The position numbers and the translations under genes were made by a program. Positions 1-6,653 of a DNA stretch of 64,000 nucleotides are shown here, piece by piece. Origin of the DNA: Candidatus Saccharimonadales bacterium (GTDB taxonomy: Bacteria > Patescibacteriota > Saccharimonadia > Saccharimonadales > SZUA-47); NCBI GenBank assembly GCA_038211855.1, contig JBBQVE010000004.1:867-64866 (forward strand). Direction: 5' to 3'. The notes beneath the pieces are model-generated. The model searched no databases. It had not been told where the DNA came from and worked only from the letters and a program-made list of their open reading frames with translations. Within the stretch, counting starts at the first letter, position 1. The number at the start of each line of letters is the position of its first letter.

Positions 1-97
1 ATGACAACTCTACACCGCCCTCAGTCTTAGCAATATTTCTTGACATTGTTGTCTTACCTGATACCGGTGCGCCGCCAATCAATGTGATTTTTTGCAT
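1..97 (-). CDS. P-loop NTPase/kinase, N-terminal fragment (gene continues past left edge)
   Basis: Not in the ORF track because it is too short. The reverse complement from ATG 97..95 reads MQKITLIGGAPVSGKTTMSRNIAKTEGGVELS, with Walker A GAPVSGKT. The frame is open to the window edge. Confidence 0.55.
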   Translation of the reverse strand, partial: MQKITLIGGAPVSGKTTMSRNIAKTEGGVELS

Positions 98-125
98 AAC
101 TACATTCTAGCTTACATCTAAGAAC

Positions 126-167
126 TTAGTTGCAATAGCGTTACAGATGGCCCTCCAAGCATAAGCC
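126..167 (+). repeat. Cassette-array element copy 1
   Basis: TTAGTTGCAATAGCGTTACAGATGGCCCTCCAAGCATAAGCC. It shares the core AATAGCGTTAnnGnTGGCCCTCCAA with copies 2-7. The right arm is in the GCATAAGC form. Confidence 0.8.
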
Positions 168-171
168 CTAT

Positions 172-197
172 AAAAGACTTCGTGAGGAGTCTTTTTG
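172..197 (+). terminator. Hairpin with T-run (AAAAGACT / AGTCTTTTT)
   Basis: The stem is AAAAGACT (172-179) paired with AGTCTTTT (188-195), and a T-run follows. An A-run upstream makes it look bidirectional. No plus-strand gene lies upstream in the window, so it is an orphan. Confidence 0.5.
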
Positions 198-199
198 TT

Positions 200-208
200 T
201 GGTATGAT
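200..208 (+). promoter_or_regulatory. Extended -10 (TGGTATGAT), 6 nt before ATG 215
   Basis: TGn plus TATGAT, then AGTTGC, then ATG. No Shine-Dalgarno, so a leaderless layout. Confidence 0.5.
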
Positions 209-214
209 AGTTGC

Positions 215-739
215 ATGTCTCATCTTTTCATTGCTGCAATTACTGGACCAGCTGGGTCTGGCAAGACTTCGGTTTCGGCTAAACTCACCAAACAACTTCC
301 AAAATGCGTGAACATTGAAGCCGATCATGTAAAGCATTTTGTTCCGAGCGGCTTTTCTTATGACAAAGATACAGACGGTACAGAGCGTTGGAATTTCAAT
401 GAATGGGAATTGGTGGGGGAATGTATTGGGATGCTTGCAAATAAATTCCAAGAAAAGGGTTTCGGCGTTATTATAAATGGCTATATAGACGAACTGGGCT
501 GGCCAGCAATTGAAAAGCAAATCAAGATTACTCACAAATTCCTACTTTTGCCACATGTTGACGAAGCAAAGCTTCGGGACCTACAGCGTCCTAGGGACAA
601 AGCTATGGGTGAGAAAGCAATCCAAGAACACCATGACTATTTTTCAAGTAATGAATTCTATGATGATTTCATAAAAATTGATTCAACAAAACAAACTATT
701 GATGAAACCGTAAATAGCATCGCCAAGCTACTAGTTTAG
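215..739 (+). CDS. P-loop kinase (AAA_33 / small-molecule or nucleotide kinase-like)
   Basis: The ORF track gives 182..739. I moved the start to ATG 215 (MSHLFIAAITGPAGSGKTS) because 182-197 lies inside the terminator hairpin and a -10 box sits 6 nt upstream of 215. Walker A is GPAGSGKT. Confidence 0.7.
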   Translation: MSHLFIAAITGPAGSGKTSVSAKLTKQLPKCVNIEADHVKHFVPSGFSYDKDTDGTERWNFNEWELVGECIGMLANKFQEKGFGVIINGYIDELGWPAIEKQIKITHKFLLLPHVDEAKLRDLQRPRDKAMGEKAIQEHHDYFSSNEFYDDFIKIDSTKQTIDETVNSIAKLLV

Positions 740-775
740 TAGAAATAGCGTCACATCGATCCTCCAGCTAATATG
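735..775 (+). repeat. Cassette-array element copy 2 (most diverged)
   Basis: TTTAGTAGAAATAGCGTCACATCGATCCTCCAGCTAATATG. It overlaps the TAG stop of the upstream gene. Confidence 0.65.
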
Positions 776-823
776 TCTCGTCGTGAGATGAGTCTTTTTA
801 GTTAGAGCATACCTATATTGAGT

Positions 824-829
824 TACTAT
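824..829 (+). promoter_or_regulatory. -10 box TACTAT, 7 nt before ATG 837
   Basis: TACTAT-ATACCTT-ATG. No Shine-Dalgarno. Confidence 0.4.
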
Positions 830-836
830 ATACCTT

Positions 837-1229
837 ATGGCATCTGAAAGAATTTATGTTGCTTCAAGTTTTGAGCAACGCGATGAGGTGAGTGCTTTAC
901 ACAGATTACTCCGCAATGCAGGCCATACAATTACTGCCGACTGGACTACTCACAGAGAAATTACTTCCCTGGAATCTATAGTAGAGCGCGAGAAACTAAA
1001 ACAGCAGTATGCGATTGAAGATACTAATGGTGTGAAGACTGCTACTATCTATGTCTTGTTGCTCGGCAATCGTAAAAGTACCGGCGCTCACATTGAGTTG
1101 GGTGTTGCACTTGGATCGAACATAAATCGAGTTTGTATAATTGGCGAGCCTGATACATCACAACTGTTTTACAGTCATCCAGCCATTACTATTTATCCAA
1201 ACATTCGTACATTCCTTGATTCACTCTAA
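837..1229 (+). CDS. Nucleoside 2-deoxyribosyltransferase-like family protein
   Basis: 130 aa. The IYVASSF start and HIELGVALG (conserved Glu) resemble the NDT-like Rossmann-type fold. The call is by eye. Confidence 0.5.
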   Translation: MASERIYVASSFEQRDEVSALHRLLRNAGHTITADWTTHREITSLESIVEREKLKQQYAIEDTNGVKTATIYVLLLGNRKSTGAHIELGVALGSNINRVCIIGEPDTSQLFYSHPAITIYPNIRTFLDSL

Positions 1230-1230
1230 T

Positions 1231-1277
1231 TTCAGTTGAAATAGCGTTCACGGTGGCCCTCCAATACGCTTATGCTT
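1231..1277 (+). repeat. Cassette-array element copy 3
   Basis: TTCAGTTGAAATAGCGTTCACGGTGGCCCTCCAATACGCTTATGCTT. The arms ATAGCGT and ACGCTTAT can pair with one bulged T. Confidence 0.8.
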
Positions 1278-1278
1278 G

Positions 1279-1306
1279 AAACAGAGGTTACTTGTCTCTG
1301 TTTTTT
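1279..1306 (+). terminator. Rho-independent terminator
   Basis: AAACAGAG-gttacttgt-CTCTGTTTTTT. Confidence 0.7.
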
Positions 1307-1314
1307 GATATAAT
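1306..1314 (+). promoter_or_regulatory. Extended -10 (TGATATAAT), 6 nt before ATG 1321
   Basis: TGATATAAT-TTACCT-ATG. Confidence 0.55.
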
Positions 1315-1320
1315 TTACCT

Positions 1321-1740
1321 ATGAATGATGATAAATATTTCCTTCAAATGGCAACGGATGAAGGCAACAAAAAACCACTTCCATATAACTTTGGTGCCGT
1401 AATCGTTAAAGACGGCAAGGTCATTGTAAAAGACTTTAATCACGTTCACGAAACAAACGATCCTTCCGCACACGCGGAAGTTTCGGCTCTAAGAAAAGCT
1501 GCAACTTTACTCGGTAACTATAATCTTGATGGTGCGATACTGTACGGTAGTCACGAACCGTGTTTGATGTGTTTTAGTTGCGCTGCTTGGGCAAATATAG
1601 AAAGAGTGGTTTATGCGATACCGGCATCCGAACAGGATGATTTTAGCTACGAGTTTAAGGATGTTAGCCTTAAAGATTTAGCGTCTAAACTTGTTAGGCG
1701 ACCGATAAGTGTTGAGTTGATTCGTTTGACTGAAAGTTAA
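1321..1740 (+). CDS. Cytidine/deoxycytidylate-type zinc deaminase (nucleoside/nucleotide or tRNA-adenosine deaminase family)
   Basis: HAEVSAL and HEPCLMCFSC give the H-A-E / P-C-x-x-C zinc-deaminase signature. 139 aa. Confidence 0.85.
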   Translation: MNDDKYFLQMATDEGNKKPLPYNFGAVIVKDGKVIVKDFNHVHETNDPSAHAEVSALRKAATLLGNYNLDGAILYGSHEPCLMCFSCAAWANIERVVYAIPASEQDDFSYEFKDVSLKDLASKLVRRPISVELIRLTES

Positions 1741-1779
1741 TTGCGATAACGCTGCAGACGGCCCTACAAGCATAAGCGG
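1736..1779 (+). repeat. Cassette-array element copy 4
   Basis: GTTAATTGCGATAACGCTGCAGACGGCCCTACAAGCATAAGCGG. The right arm is in the GCATAAGCG form. It overlaps the stop codon. Confidence 0.7.
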
Positions 1780-1802
1780 TTTAATTTAAAAACTTTTATA
1801 TT

Positions 1803-1811
1803 TGTTATTAT
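1803..1811 (+). promoter_or_regulatory. Extended -10 (TGTTATTAT), 6 nt before ATG 1818
   Basis: TGTTATTAT-GGTCAT-ATG. Confidence 0.5.
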
Positions 1812-1817
1812 GGTCAT

Positions 1818-2276
1818 ATGAGTAAAGTATGCGAGATCTGCGAGTTTATTAAAAATCCCCAAAATCAGATAATAGAAACGAAACACTGGACTGTAGGTAT
1901 TGGTGATAATCACGCATATTTGGGTAGAGCTTATGTGACACTAAAATCACATAAGGAGAGTCTTGGTGAACTTAACGACGAAGAATGGAAAGAATATCAA
2001 CAGCTGGTTGTAAAACTAGAGAAGGCTTATAAACAAGCTTTTGGAGCATCGCCATTAAATTGGGGATGTTTTATGAACTTTGCTTTTCAATCAAAGCCGT
2101 ATAACCCACACGTACATTGGCATATTTATCCTCGATATGAGGTGGCTCCAACGGTAAGTGGCATAACTTTTGACGACCCACTTTATGGCAAATTCTATGA
2201 TAACAATGCAGAACGGATAGTAAGTGGCAGCGTAGTTAAAGAAATTGCTGATAAACTTAAAAACAACTTAGAGTAA
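1818..2276 (+). CDS. HIT (histidine triad) family nucleotide hydrolase/transferase
   Basis: NPHVHWHIYPRY contains the HxHxHxx triad. 152 aa. Confidence 0.85.
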   Translation: MSKVCEICEFIKNPQNQIIETKHWTVGIGDNHAYLGRAYVTLKSHKESLGELNDEEWKEYQQLVVKLEKAYKQAFGASPLNWGCFMNFAFQSKPYNPHVHWHIYPRYEVAPTVSGITFDDPLYGKFYDNNAERIVSGSVVKEIADKLKNNLE

Positions 2277-2316
2277 TCGCTGTCTTGACAATCAGTACTA
2301 CGGAGAACCAACAATG

Positions 2317-2359
2317 GACGCAATAGCGTTACGGATGGCCATCCAACACGCTTATGCTT
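2317..2359 (+). repeat. Cassette-array element copy 5 (best dyad symmetry)
   Basis: GACGCAATAGCGTTACGGATGGCCATCCAACACGCTTATGCTT. The centre GGATGGCCATCC is a perfect palindrome. The 19-nt arms match at 14 of 19 positions. Confidence 0.8.
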
Positions 2360-2387
2360 AAAACTCTTCTATTATGAGGAGTTTTTA
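2360..2387 (+). terminator. Rho-independent terminator
   Basis: AAAACTCTTC-tattat-GAGGAGTTTTT. Confidence 0.65.
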
Positions 2388-2389
2388 GG

Positions 2390-2398
2390 TGGTAGTAT
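2390..2398 (+). promoter_or_regulatory. Extended -10 (TGGTAGTAT), 6 nt before ATG 2405
   Basis: TGGTAGTAT-TAAAGA-ATG. Confidence 0.5.
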
Positions 2399-2404
2399 TA
2401 AAGA

Positions 2405-2917
2405 ATGTCTAATGATGAAGAACTTCTCTGTAAAACTGTAAATAGGAAAAGAGTGGTTTTTGACCCAGTAAACTCACATACGGCAACTCATTTTAGAGAC
2501 GCACCAGGATTACGAGTAGTGGCAATTGAAGCTCTAAGTAGTATGAAGCTAGATGATGAACTAATTGCTAAAGATATTGATATGGGTAGGACAATTGGGA
2601 ATACTGACGTAGTAGATGTCTATGACACGGATACGATAGTGTATGCCATACGTAGTATGCGGGAAGATCAAGGTTATGTGCCCTTTACCAAGTCTAAAGC
2701 TACGCAGCCAAGTTCGTTCATATCTGTTCACTTGCTTCGTAGAGATGATAATACATATGAACTGTCCAGCACATGGATTGGTGAGTTTGAAAGTCCGATG
2801 TTTCCTCAGATGGATAACGCAACTGCGGATAGCATTCCCTACTGGAGCACACATGCATTTGTTTGGGGAAGCCAGGAGATTGTACAAGGTTCAGAGTTGT
2901 CAGAGTGTCCATGGTAG
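2405..2917 (+). CDS. Hypothetical protein (170 aa)
   Basis: Long ORF with the leaderless promoter layout. I recognise no motif. The overlapping track ORFs in other frames are treated as shadows. Confidence 0.5.
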   Translation: MSNDEELLCKTVNRKRVVFDPVNSHTATHFRDAPGLRVVAIEALSSMKLDDELIAKDIDMGRTIGNTDVVDVYDTDTIVYAIRSMREDQGYVPFTKSKATQPSSFISVHLLRRDDNTYELSSTWIGEFESPMFPQMDNATADSIPYWSTHAFVWGSQEIVQGSELSECPW

Positions 2918-2926
2918 CTATTGTAC

Positions 2927-2969
2927 CTAGTTGTAATAGCGTTAACGGTGGCCCTCCAACACGTTTAAC
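2927..2969 (+). repeat. Cassette-array element copy 6
   Basis: CTAGTTGTAATAGCGTTAACGGTGGCCCTCCAACACGTTTAAC. Confidence 0.8.
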
Positions 2970-2970
2970 T

Positions 2971-2998
2971 AAAAACTCCTTAGCGTAGGGGAGTTTTT
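2971..2998 (+). terminator. Rho-independent terminator
   Basis: AAAAACTCC-ttagcgta-GGGGAGTTTTT. Confidence 0.7.
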
Positions 2999-3001
2999 GT
3001 T

Positions 3002-3010
3002 TGTTGTAGT
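3002..3010 (+). promoter_or_regulatory. Extended -10-like (TGTTGTAGT), 6 nt before ATG 3017
   Basis: TGTTGTAGT-TACACT-ATG. Confidence 0.4.
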
Positions 3011-3016
3011 TACACT

Positions 3017-3649
3017 ATGAAATCAGTGCCTTTTTATGCCAATCGTGAAGATAACCTGCACTGTATGCTAGCTGTTTACGGATCTATCTTTGATTATTTT
3101 TATAACGAAAAGTTGGGCTGGCCAGAACTAGAAAAGCTTACGAGCTTTAAGCCAGGAAAGGCTGCCTGGAGCCTTACGATTATTTCGTATCTAGCAGAAC
3201 GAGGGATGGATATACGAATGATAGAGCCGTTCGATTACGCCCGCTACTACAATACCGGTGAACCTTATCTGGATGAATTCTTTACACTAGTTGAAAAAAA
3301 CTGGCAGCTCAAACACGGTAATATTTTAGAGATAAGACCTCTCATCCCTGATTTTCTTGAAAAAGTAAAATACGAACTGAAACGACCGACGACAGAAGAC
3401 ATCGATAGTATGTTGGCCGAGGAGAGACTTGTATTCGTTACCCTTGATTCAAGAGCACTGAACGATAAACCAGGATATTTCTCGCACGCAGTATTAATCA
3501 TAGGAGATAACGGCGACAGCTATATAATTCATGACCCCGGCTTACCCCCACAACCCAACCGACGTGTGAGTAAGCAAAAACTATATGCCGCAATGGGCGG
3601 AGAAAAAACAACTAGTGAAGTGACTGGTTTTAAATTGAACAAAGACTAA
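3017..3649 (+). CDS. Papain-like cysteine peptidase (C39-like) candidate
   Basis: The N-terminal NLHCMLAV supplies a candidate Cys. The C-terminal FSHAVLIIG...IIHDPG supplies candidate His/Asp. The layout resembles C39-like or BtrH-like peptidases. The call is by eye. Confidence 0.45.
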   Translation: MKSVPFYANREDNLHCMLAVYGSIFDYFYNEKLGWPELEKLTSFKPGKAAWSLTIISYLAERGMDIRMIEPFDYARYYNTGEPYLDEFFTLVEKNWQLKHGNILEIRPLIPDFLEKVKYELKRPTTEDIDSMLAEERLVFVTLDSRALNDKPGYFSHAVLIIGDNGDSYIIHDPGLPPQPNRRVSKQKLYAAMGGEKTTSEVTGFKLNKD

Positions 3650-3696
3650 GTTTAGTGAAATAGCGTTAACTGTGGCACTCTAATAACCACAAGCAC
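3650..3696 (+). repeat. Cassette-array element copy 7 (terminal, right half diverged)
   Basis: GTTTAGTGAAATAGCGTTAACTGTGGCACTCTAATAACCACAAGCAC. Confidence 0.65.
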
Positions 3697-3728
3697 TATC
3701 ATTTTTAGTTAGGATCTATAAAACTTAT

Positions 3729-3923
3729 CTAGCTTGCTAACTTGCAACATATGTTTGACCGACTACCCGACTTGCAGTAAAGAATGATTTCACTAGCTTT
3801 CGGTATATTTTCTAGTTCACCTAACTCCCCCATCAGCTTGGAAGGGGGTATGTTAACAGCGCCATCGAGGTGGCCACTTGCTTATTCCTCAGGTTCTCGT
3901 ACATCTATAATTATTCTGGCCAT
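3729..3923 (-). pseudogene. Rhodanese-domain gene remnant (in-frame TAA, C-terminus missing)
   Basis: Not in the track. The minus strand reads MARIIIDVREPEE*ASGHLDGAVNIPPSKLMGELGELENIPKASEIILYCKSGSRSNICCKLAS*. DVRepeE..GH..GA.NIP and the active-site loop YCKSGSRS are rhodanese hallmarks. The TAA at 3882-3884 sits where an aromatic residue is usual. The final strand of about 25 aa is absent. Confidence 0.6.
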
Positions 3924-3941
3924 CTCATCGCTTTCGAAAAA

Positions 3942-4172
3942 TTAACGCAAATCTTTCTTTAACCGCTCAAATTCTGCTTTATCAATTTCGCCTTTTGCGT
4001 ATCGTTCTTTGACAATATCGACGGGGTCACCATGTTGTTTATTAATGTATTGTTGTCCTCGCAAAAAGTGCACAGCAGCAAGTACGACGAGCACTAGAAA
4101 TACAAACATGAATAACATCATTACAAAACCCCAAGCTCCACTATCTCCATTCATCATGCGGTAGTCATACAT
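3942..4172 (-). CDS. SHOCT-domain small membrane protein
   Basis: The C-terminal ERYAKGEIDKAEFERLKKDL is a SHOCT motif, and one TM helix is present. I chose the start at ATG 4172 (MYDYRMMNG) because GAGGAG lies 8 nt upstream. The track begins at TTG 4190. Confidence 0.7.
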   Translation of the reverse strand: MYDYRMMNGDSGAWGFVMMLFMFVFLVLVVLAAVHFLRGQQYINKQHGDPVDIVKERYAKGEIDKAEFERLKKDLR

Positions 4173-4502
4173 ATAACTAGCTCCTCTCAACGATTCTTTA
4201 AGTTCTCAGAACGCGTTACCTATCCTACCCTTAGTATACGCTTACGAAACAACTGCTGACGGAGGAATAGTAAACAACTTACTAGATACGGGACACCGAA
4301 TCCTTTAGCCTCAAGAGTGTCCTTGTCCACGATGAGGAAAATATACGGTGAACAAATTGAAACCCTCGAACATCTCCAAAAAGAGGGTGGCGCTCGAGTA
4401 CCTCACTGACCATTGCGAGTACAAGCAAGACAAGGCACCCAAAAAGCTACTACGGACAAACTAAGTCTTTTGAGCAGTGGCTTATGCTCAGTTGCTATTA
4501 TG

Positions 4503-6008
4503 CTAGTAACCCGTGAAGTGATCAGTCTTTATCATCTTTCGTTCTACATGGAGATTATGCAGATATGTTTTGGTTGCATCGACCATGGTTGACGGGCCAG
4601 AAATATAGAACATGCGCTCGCTGTAATCAGGCAGGAGCCGAACCAGTAACTCCTGATTGAACTTAGCATGTACTACGCCCGCCCTAGTGTTAGGCGTCTT
4701 GGTCACTACCGGTATGATCTTGAGCCCATACTGCCGTGCCGCCAGGAATTCTTTATTATATGCGAGCTCTTCAACGTCAGGAATAACGTAGATCAAAACA
4801 ATGTCTTTTGTTAACTGATTATCGGTGAAATACTTGACCATGCTGCGGAACGGCGTAATCCCAATACCGCCAGCTATAAAAGCAAGTTTTTGTTTGGCTG
4901 CTTGATCAACGGTAAAGTTGCCTGCAAGCTGGCTCGCATACACTGCATCGCCCGGCTTTAAATTGAAAAATGTTGTTTTGTACGTACTCGCCGGCAAGTG
5001 ATACTTGAGGCCAACATGAATTTCTTCCTCCGTCGGCGATGATGCAATCGTCAATGACCTTCGGTTTCCCCTGCTGTCGTAGGGCACGCCCGCTAGCGTC
5101 CATTCCATGTACTGTCCCGGCAAAAAATTGAATCTTTTGTCAGGCTGAAAAACATAATTATACACACTGTCGGAAATTTTCTGGATTTTTGTGAGCGTCA
5201 TCCGAACGCGGAATTTTGGCGAAACAGCAAAAGCGTAGAGATTACCCAACAGGAGCGCGACTTCCGGGTAAACGACCAGCGGACCAAACTCCCAGGCAGT
5301 CACGTACAGCACTGCAACGATGGCCGCGAATAGTATTTGTTGCGTGCGGCGCGGCGGCATTGTAGCAGGTTCAGTCAGCATGATGGTCGAAAGAAACAGT
5401 AGTGGCGAAGCAATCAAGGAGCCCTTGAGGCCGACGGCGAGTGGTTGGTGATGGACCACAAATAAAATAATCTGCAGCATGGTACTGATGCCTACAAAGG
5501 TGACAAACAAAGGCAGGCGCCTGATCTTGCGGACAATCGTGACACCCAGCACTAAGGTAAATGGCCAAAAAACGCTATTACCGATCCACCAGGTGGTCGA
5601 TTGAAGCGCCGTTAAACTGAGGACAGCTGCAGCAAATGCTGCAGGGTTAAATATATGCTTACTATTCCAAACAATGAAAAACTTTGATGCGCTTGACACA
5701 ACTCCCGCCAAAACCAGTGCAAGGCCAGCAGCTACAGAAGTTGCCGGGTGGACGATCAGGAAGATGATGAGCGAAGTAATGAGCCACGACTCAGAGTTTG
5801 TCGGTGCTCGAAAGATCCTGCCAAGCCCTTTATCGACAATAAGGGCAGGCACAAGAATAAGTCCCAAAGAAACGATCAACGACGTGGCGCTATAGGGTAG
5901 CTTGCCAAATAAGGAGAAAAGGACAGCGAGGCCGCTCAATGTCCCCAGTACATAGACGACTAACCGGTACATTGTGATGCGGTCAAGAAAGGCATCAACA
6001 AATTTCAC
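4503..6008 (-). CDS. Membrane (RnfD/NqrB-like) domain fused to FNR-type FAD/NAD(P)-binding oxidoreductase
   Basis: The N-terminal 260 aa or so are polytopic and contain HIFNPAAF. The C-terminal part has RSLTIASSP (RxYS-type FAD motif) and AGGIGITP (NAD(P) motif). Confidence 0.65.
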   Translation of the reverse strand: MKFVDAFLDRITMYRLVVYVLGTLSGLAVLFSLFGKLPYSATSLIVSLGLILVPALIVDKGLGRIFRAPTNSESWLITSLIIFLIVHPATSVAAGLALVLAGVVSSASKFFIVWNSKHIFNPAAFAAAVLSLTALQSTTWWIGNSVFWPFTLVLGVTIVRKIRRLPLFVTFVGISTMLQIILFVVHHQPLAVGLKGSLIASPLLFLSTIMLTEPATMPPRRTQQILFAAIVAVLYVTAWEFGPLVVYPEVALLLGNLYAFAVSPKFRVRMTLTKIQKISDSVYNYVFQPDKRFNFLPGQYMEWTLAGVPYDSRGNRRSLTIASSPTEEEIHVGLKYHLPASTYKTTFFNLKPGDAVYASQLAGNFTVDQAAKQKLAFIAGGIGITPFRSMVKYFTDNQLTKDIVLIYVIPDVEELAYNKEFLAARQYGLKIIPVVTKTPNTRAGVVHAKFNQELLVRLLPDYSERMFYISGPSTMVDATKTYLHNLHVERKMIKTDHFTGY

Positions 6009-6011
6009 TCC

Positions 6012-6533
6012 TTATGCCTGTGCTTTTGAGACGATTTGCGTCAGCGCGTCGTTAAAGCCATGTGTCGTATCTGATGCACCCGAAATATTTCCAAGTTTAA
6101 GTGTCGAGATATGCTTACCTACAACGTAATTTTTGTAAGCTGCCGTGAAATCCTGTTGATAACTTGCGGAATCGCGATTACCTTCACTATTGGTGACGGA
6201 CGAATCGGTAATAACACCGTTTTTGAGAGTTACATCAACTGTTATTTCCTCATTCCCGTGTGGTACATAATACCTACTTGTGGCGCTATACGTGCCATCT
6301 TTGTACGTACCTGATGAAGCCGAGCTCGCGGGAGTGGCAGAGGTGGTGCTAGCCATAGTGACCGGTGTTGCTTGCGTCGGCTGAGCCGTCGTTGTTACGA
6401 TAGATGGTGTGGCGCCGCTCGCCCTGTTCGACTTCAGATGATCAATCACCAAAACGATACCGGCAATAACGATGATAGCAATCACCGTACCGATAAGTTT
6501 GCCTTTGGAGTGTTGTTCATATGATGGCCGCAT
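6012..6533 (-). CDS. Membrane-anchored FMN-binding domain protein
   Basis: An N-terminal TM helix is followed by an S/T/P-rich linker. DGTYSATS...ITVDVTLKNGVITD...ISGASDTT matches the FMN_bind layout, including the SGA(S/T)xT flavinylation-type motif. There is a 3-nt gap to the downstream oxidoreductase. Confidence 0.65.
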   Translation of the reverse strand: MRPSYEQHSKGKLIGTVIAIIVIAGIVLVIDHLKSNRASGATPSIVTTTAQPTQATPVTMASTTSATPASSASSGTYKDGTYSATSRYYVPHGNEEITVDVTLKNGVITDSSVTNSEGNRDSASYQQDFTAAYKNYVVGKHISTLKLGNISGASDTTHGFNDALTQIVSKAQA

Positions 6534-6641
6534 GAGTCTTCCTTATAGTCGCGAGTTCTTATCTATACTCTACCTTATGAACATTAAAAACAGCTGAGAA
6601 CAGAAAAAGTGATTATTTTTCATATTTCATAACGATGGGCA

Positions 6642-6647
6642 TACAAT
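6642..6647 (+). promoter_or_regulatory. -10 box TACAAT, 6 nt before ATG 6654
   Basis: TACAAT-AATGTT-ATG. Confidence 0.45.
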
Positions 6648-6653
6648 AATGTT

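Noticed and set aside
182-214. GTG 182 as start of the P-loop kinase (as in the ORF track)
   Set aside because: Codons 1-5 would lie inside the terminator hairpin (172-197). The extended -10 at 200-208 would lie inside the CDS. ATG 215 gives a Walker A motif at the normal distance from the N-terminus.
2340-2362. dif/pdif-like Xer site (TTATGCTTAAA resembles the XerD arm TTATGTTAAAT)
   Set aside because: The match needs a 1-nt deletion. No XerC-arm-like sequence (..GCGCATAA) sits 6 nt upstream. The resemblance holds only in copies 3 and 5.
98-3700. Classical integron attC sites (R'' RYYYAAC ... R' GTTRRRY) in the cassette-array repeats
   Set aside because: Only copy 6 contains a GTTTAAC/GTTAAAC match. 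The other copies lack both R boxes. Each cassette has its own promoter and no intI is visible in the window. I therefore describe the array as cassette-like but not as a canonical integron.
3882-3884. Stop-codon reassignment (TAA read as sense) to explain the in-frame TAA in the rhodanese remnant and the TAA between 41490 and 41898
   Set aside because: TAA terminates many well-defined genes in this window at the expected protein ends, for example 1229, 1740, 2276 and 3649. Pseudogenisation and simple gene adjacency are more parsimonious.
4440-4502. Extra degenerate copy or junction of the cassette element (GGCTTATGC-TCAGTTGCTATTATGC)
   Set aside because: Only short pieces match, and the conserved GGCCCTCCAA core is absent. 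The segment overlaps the 3' end of the 4503 gene and a small hairpin. The similarity is within chance expectation.
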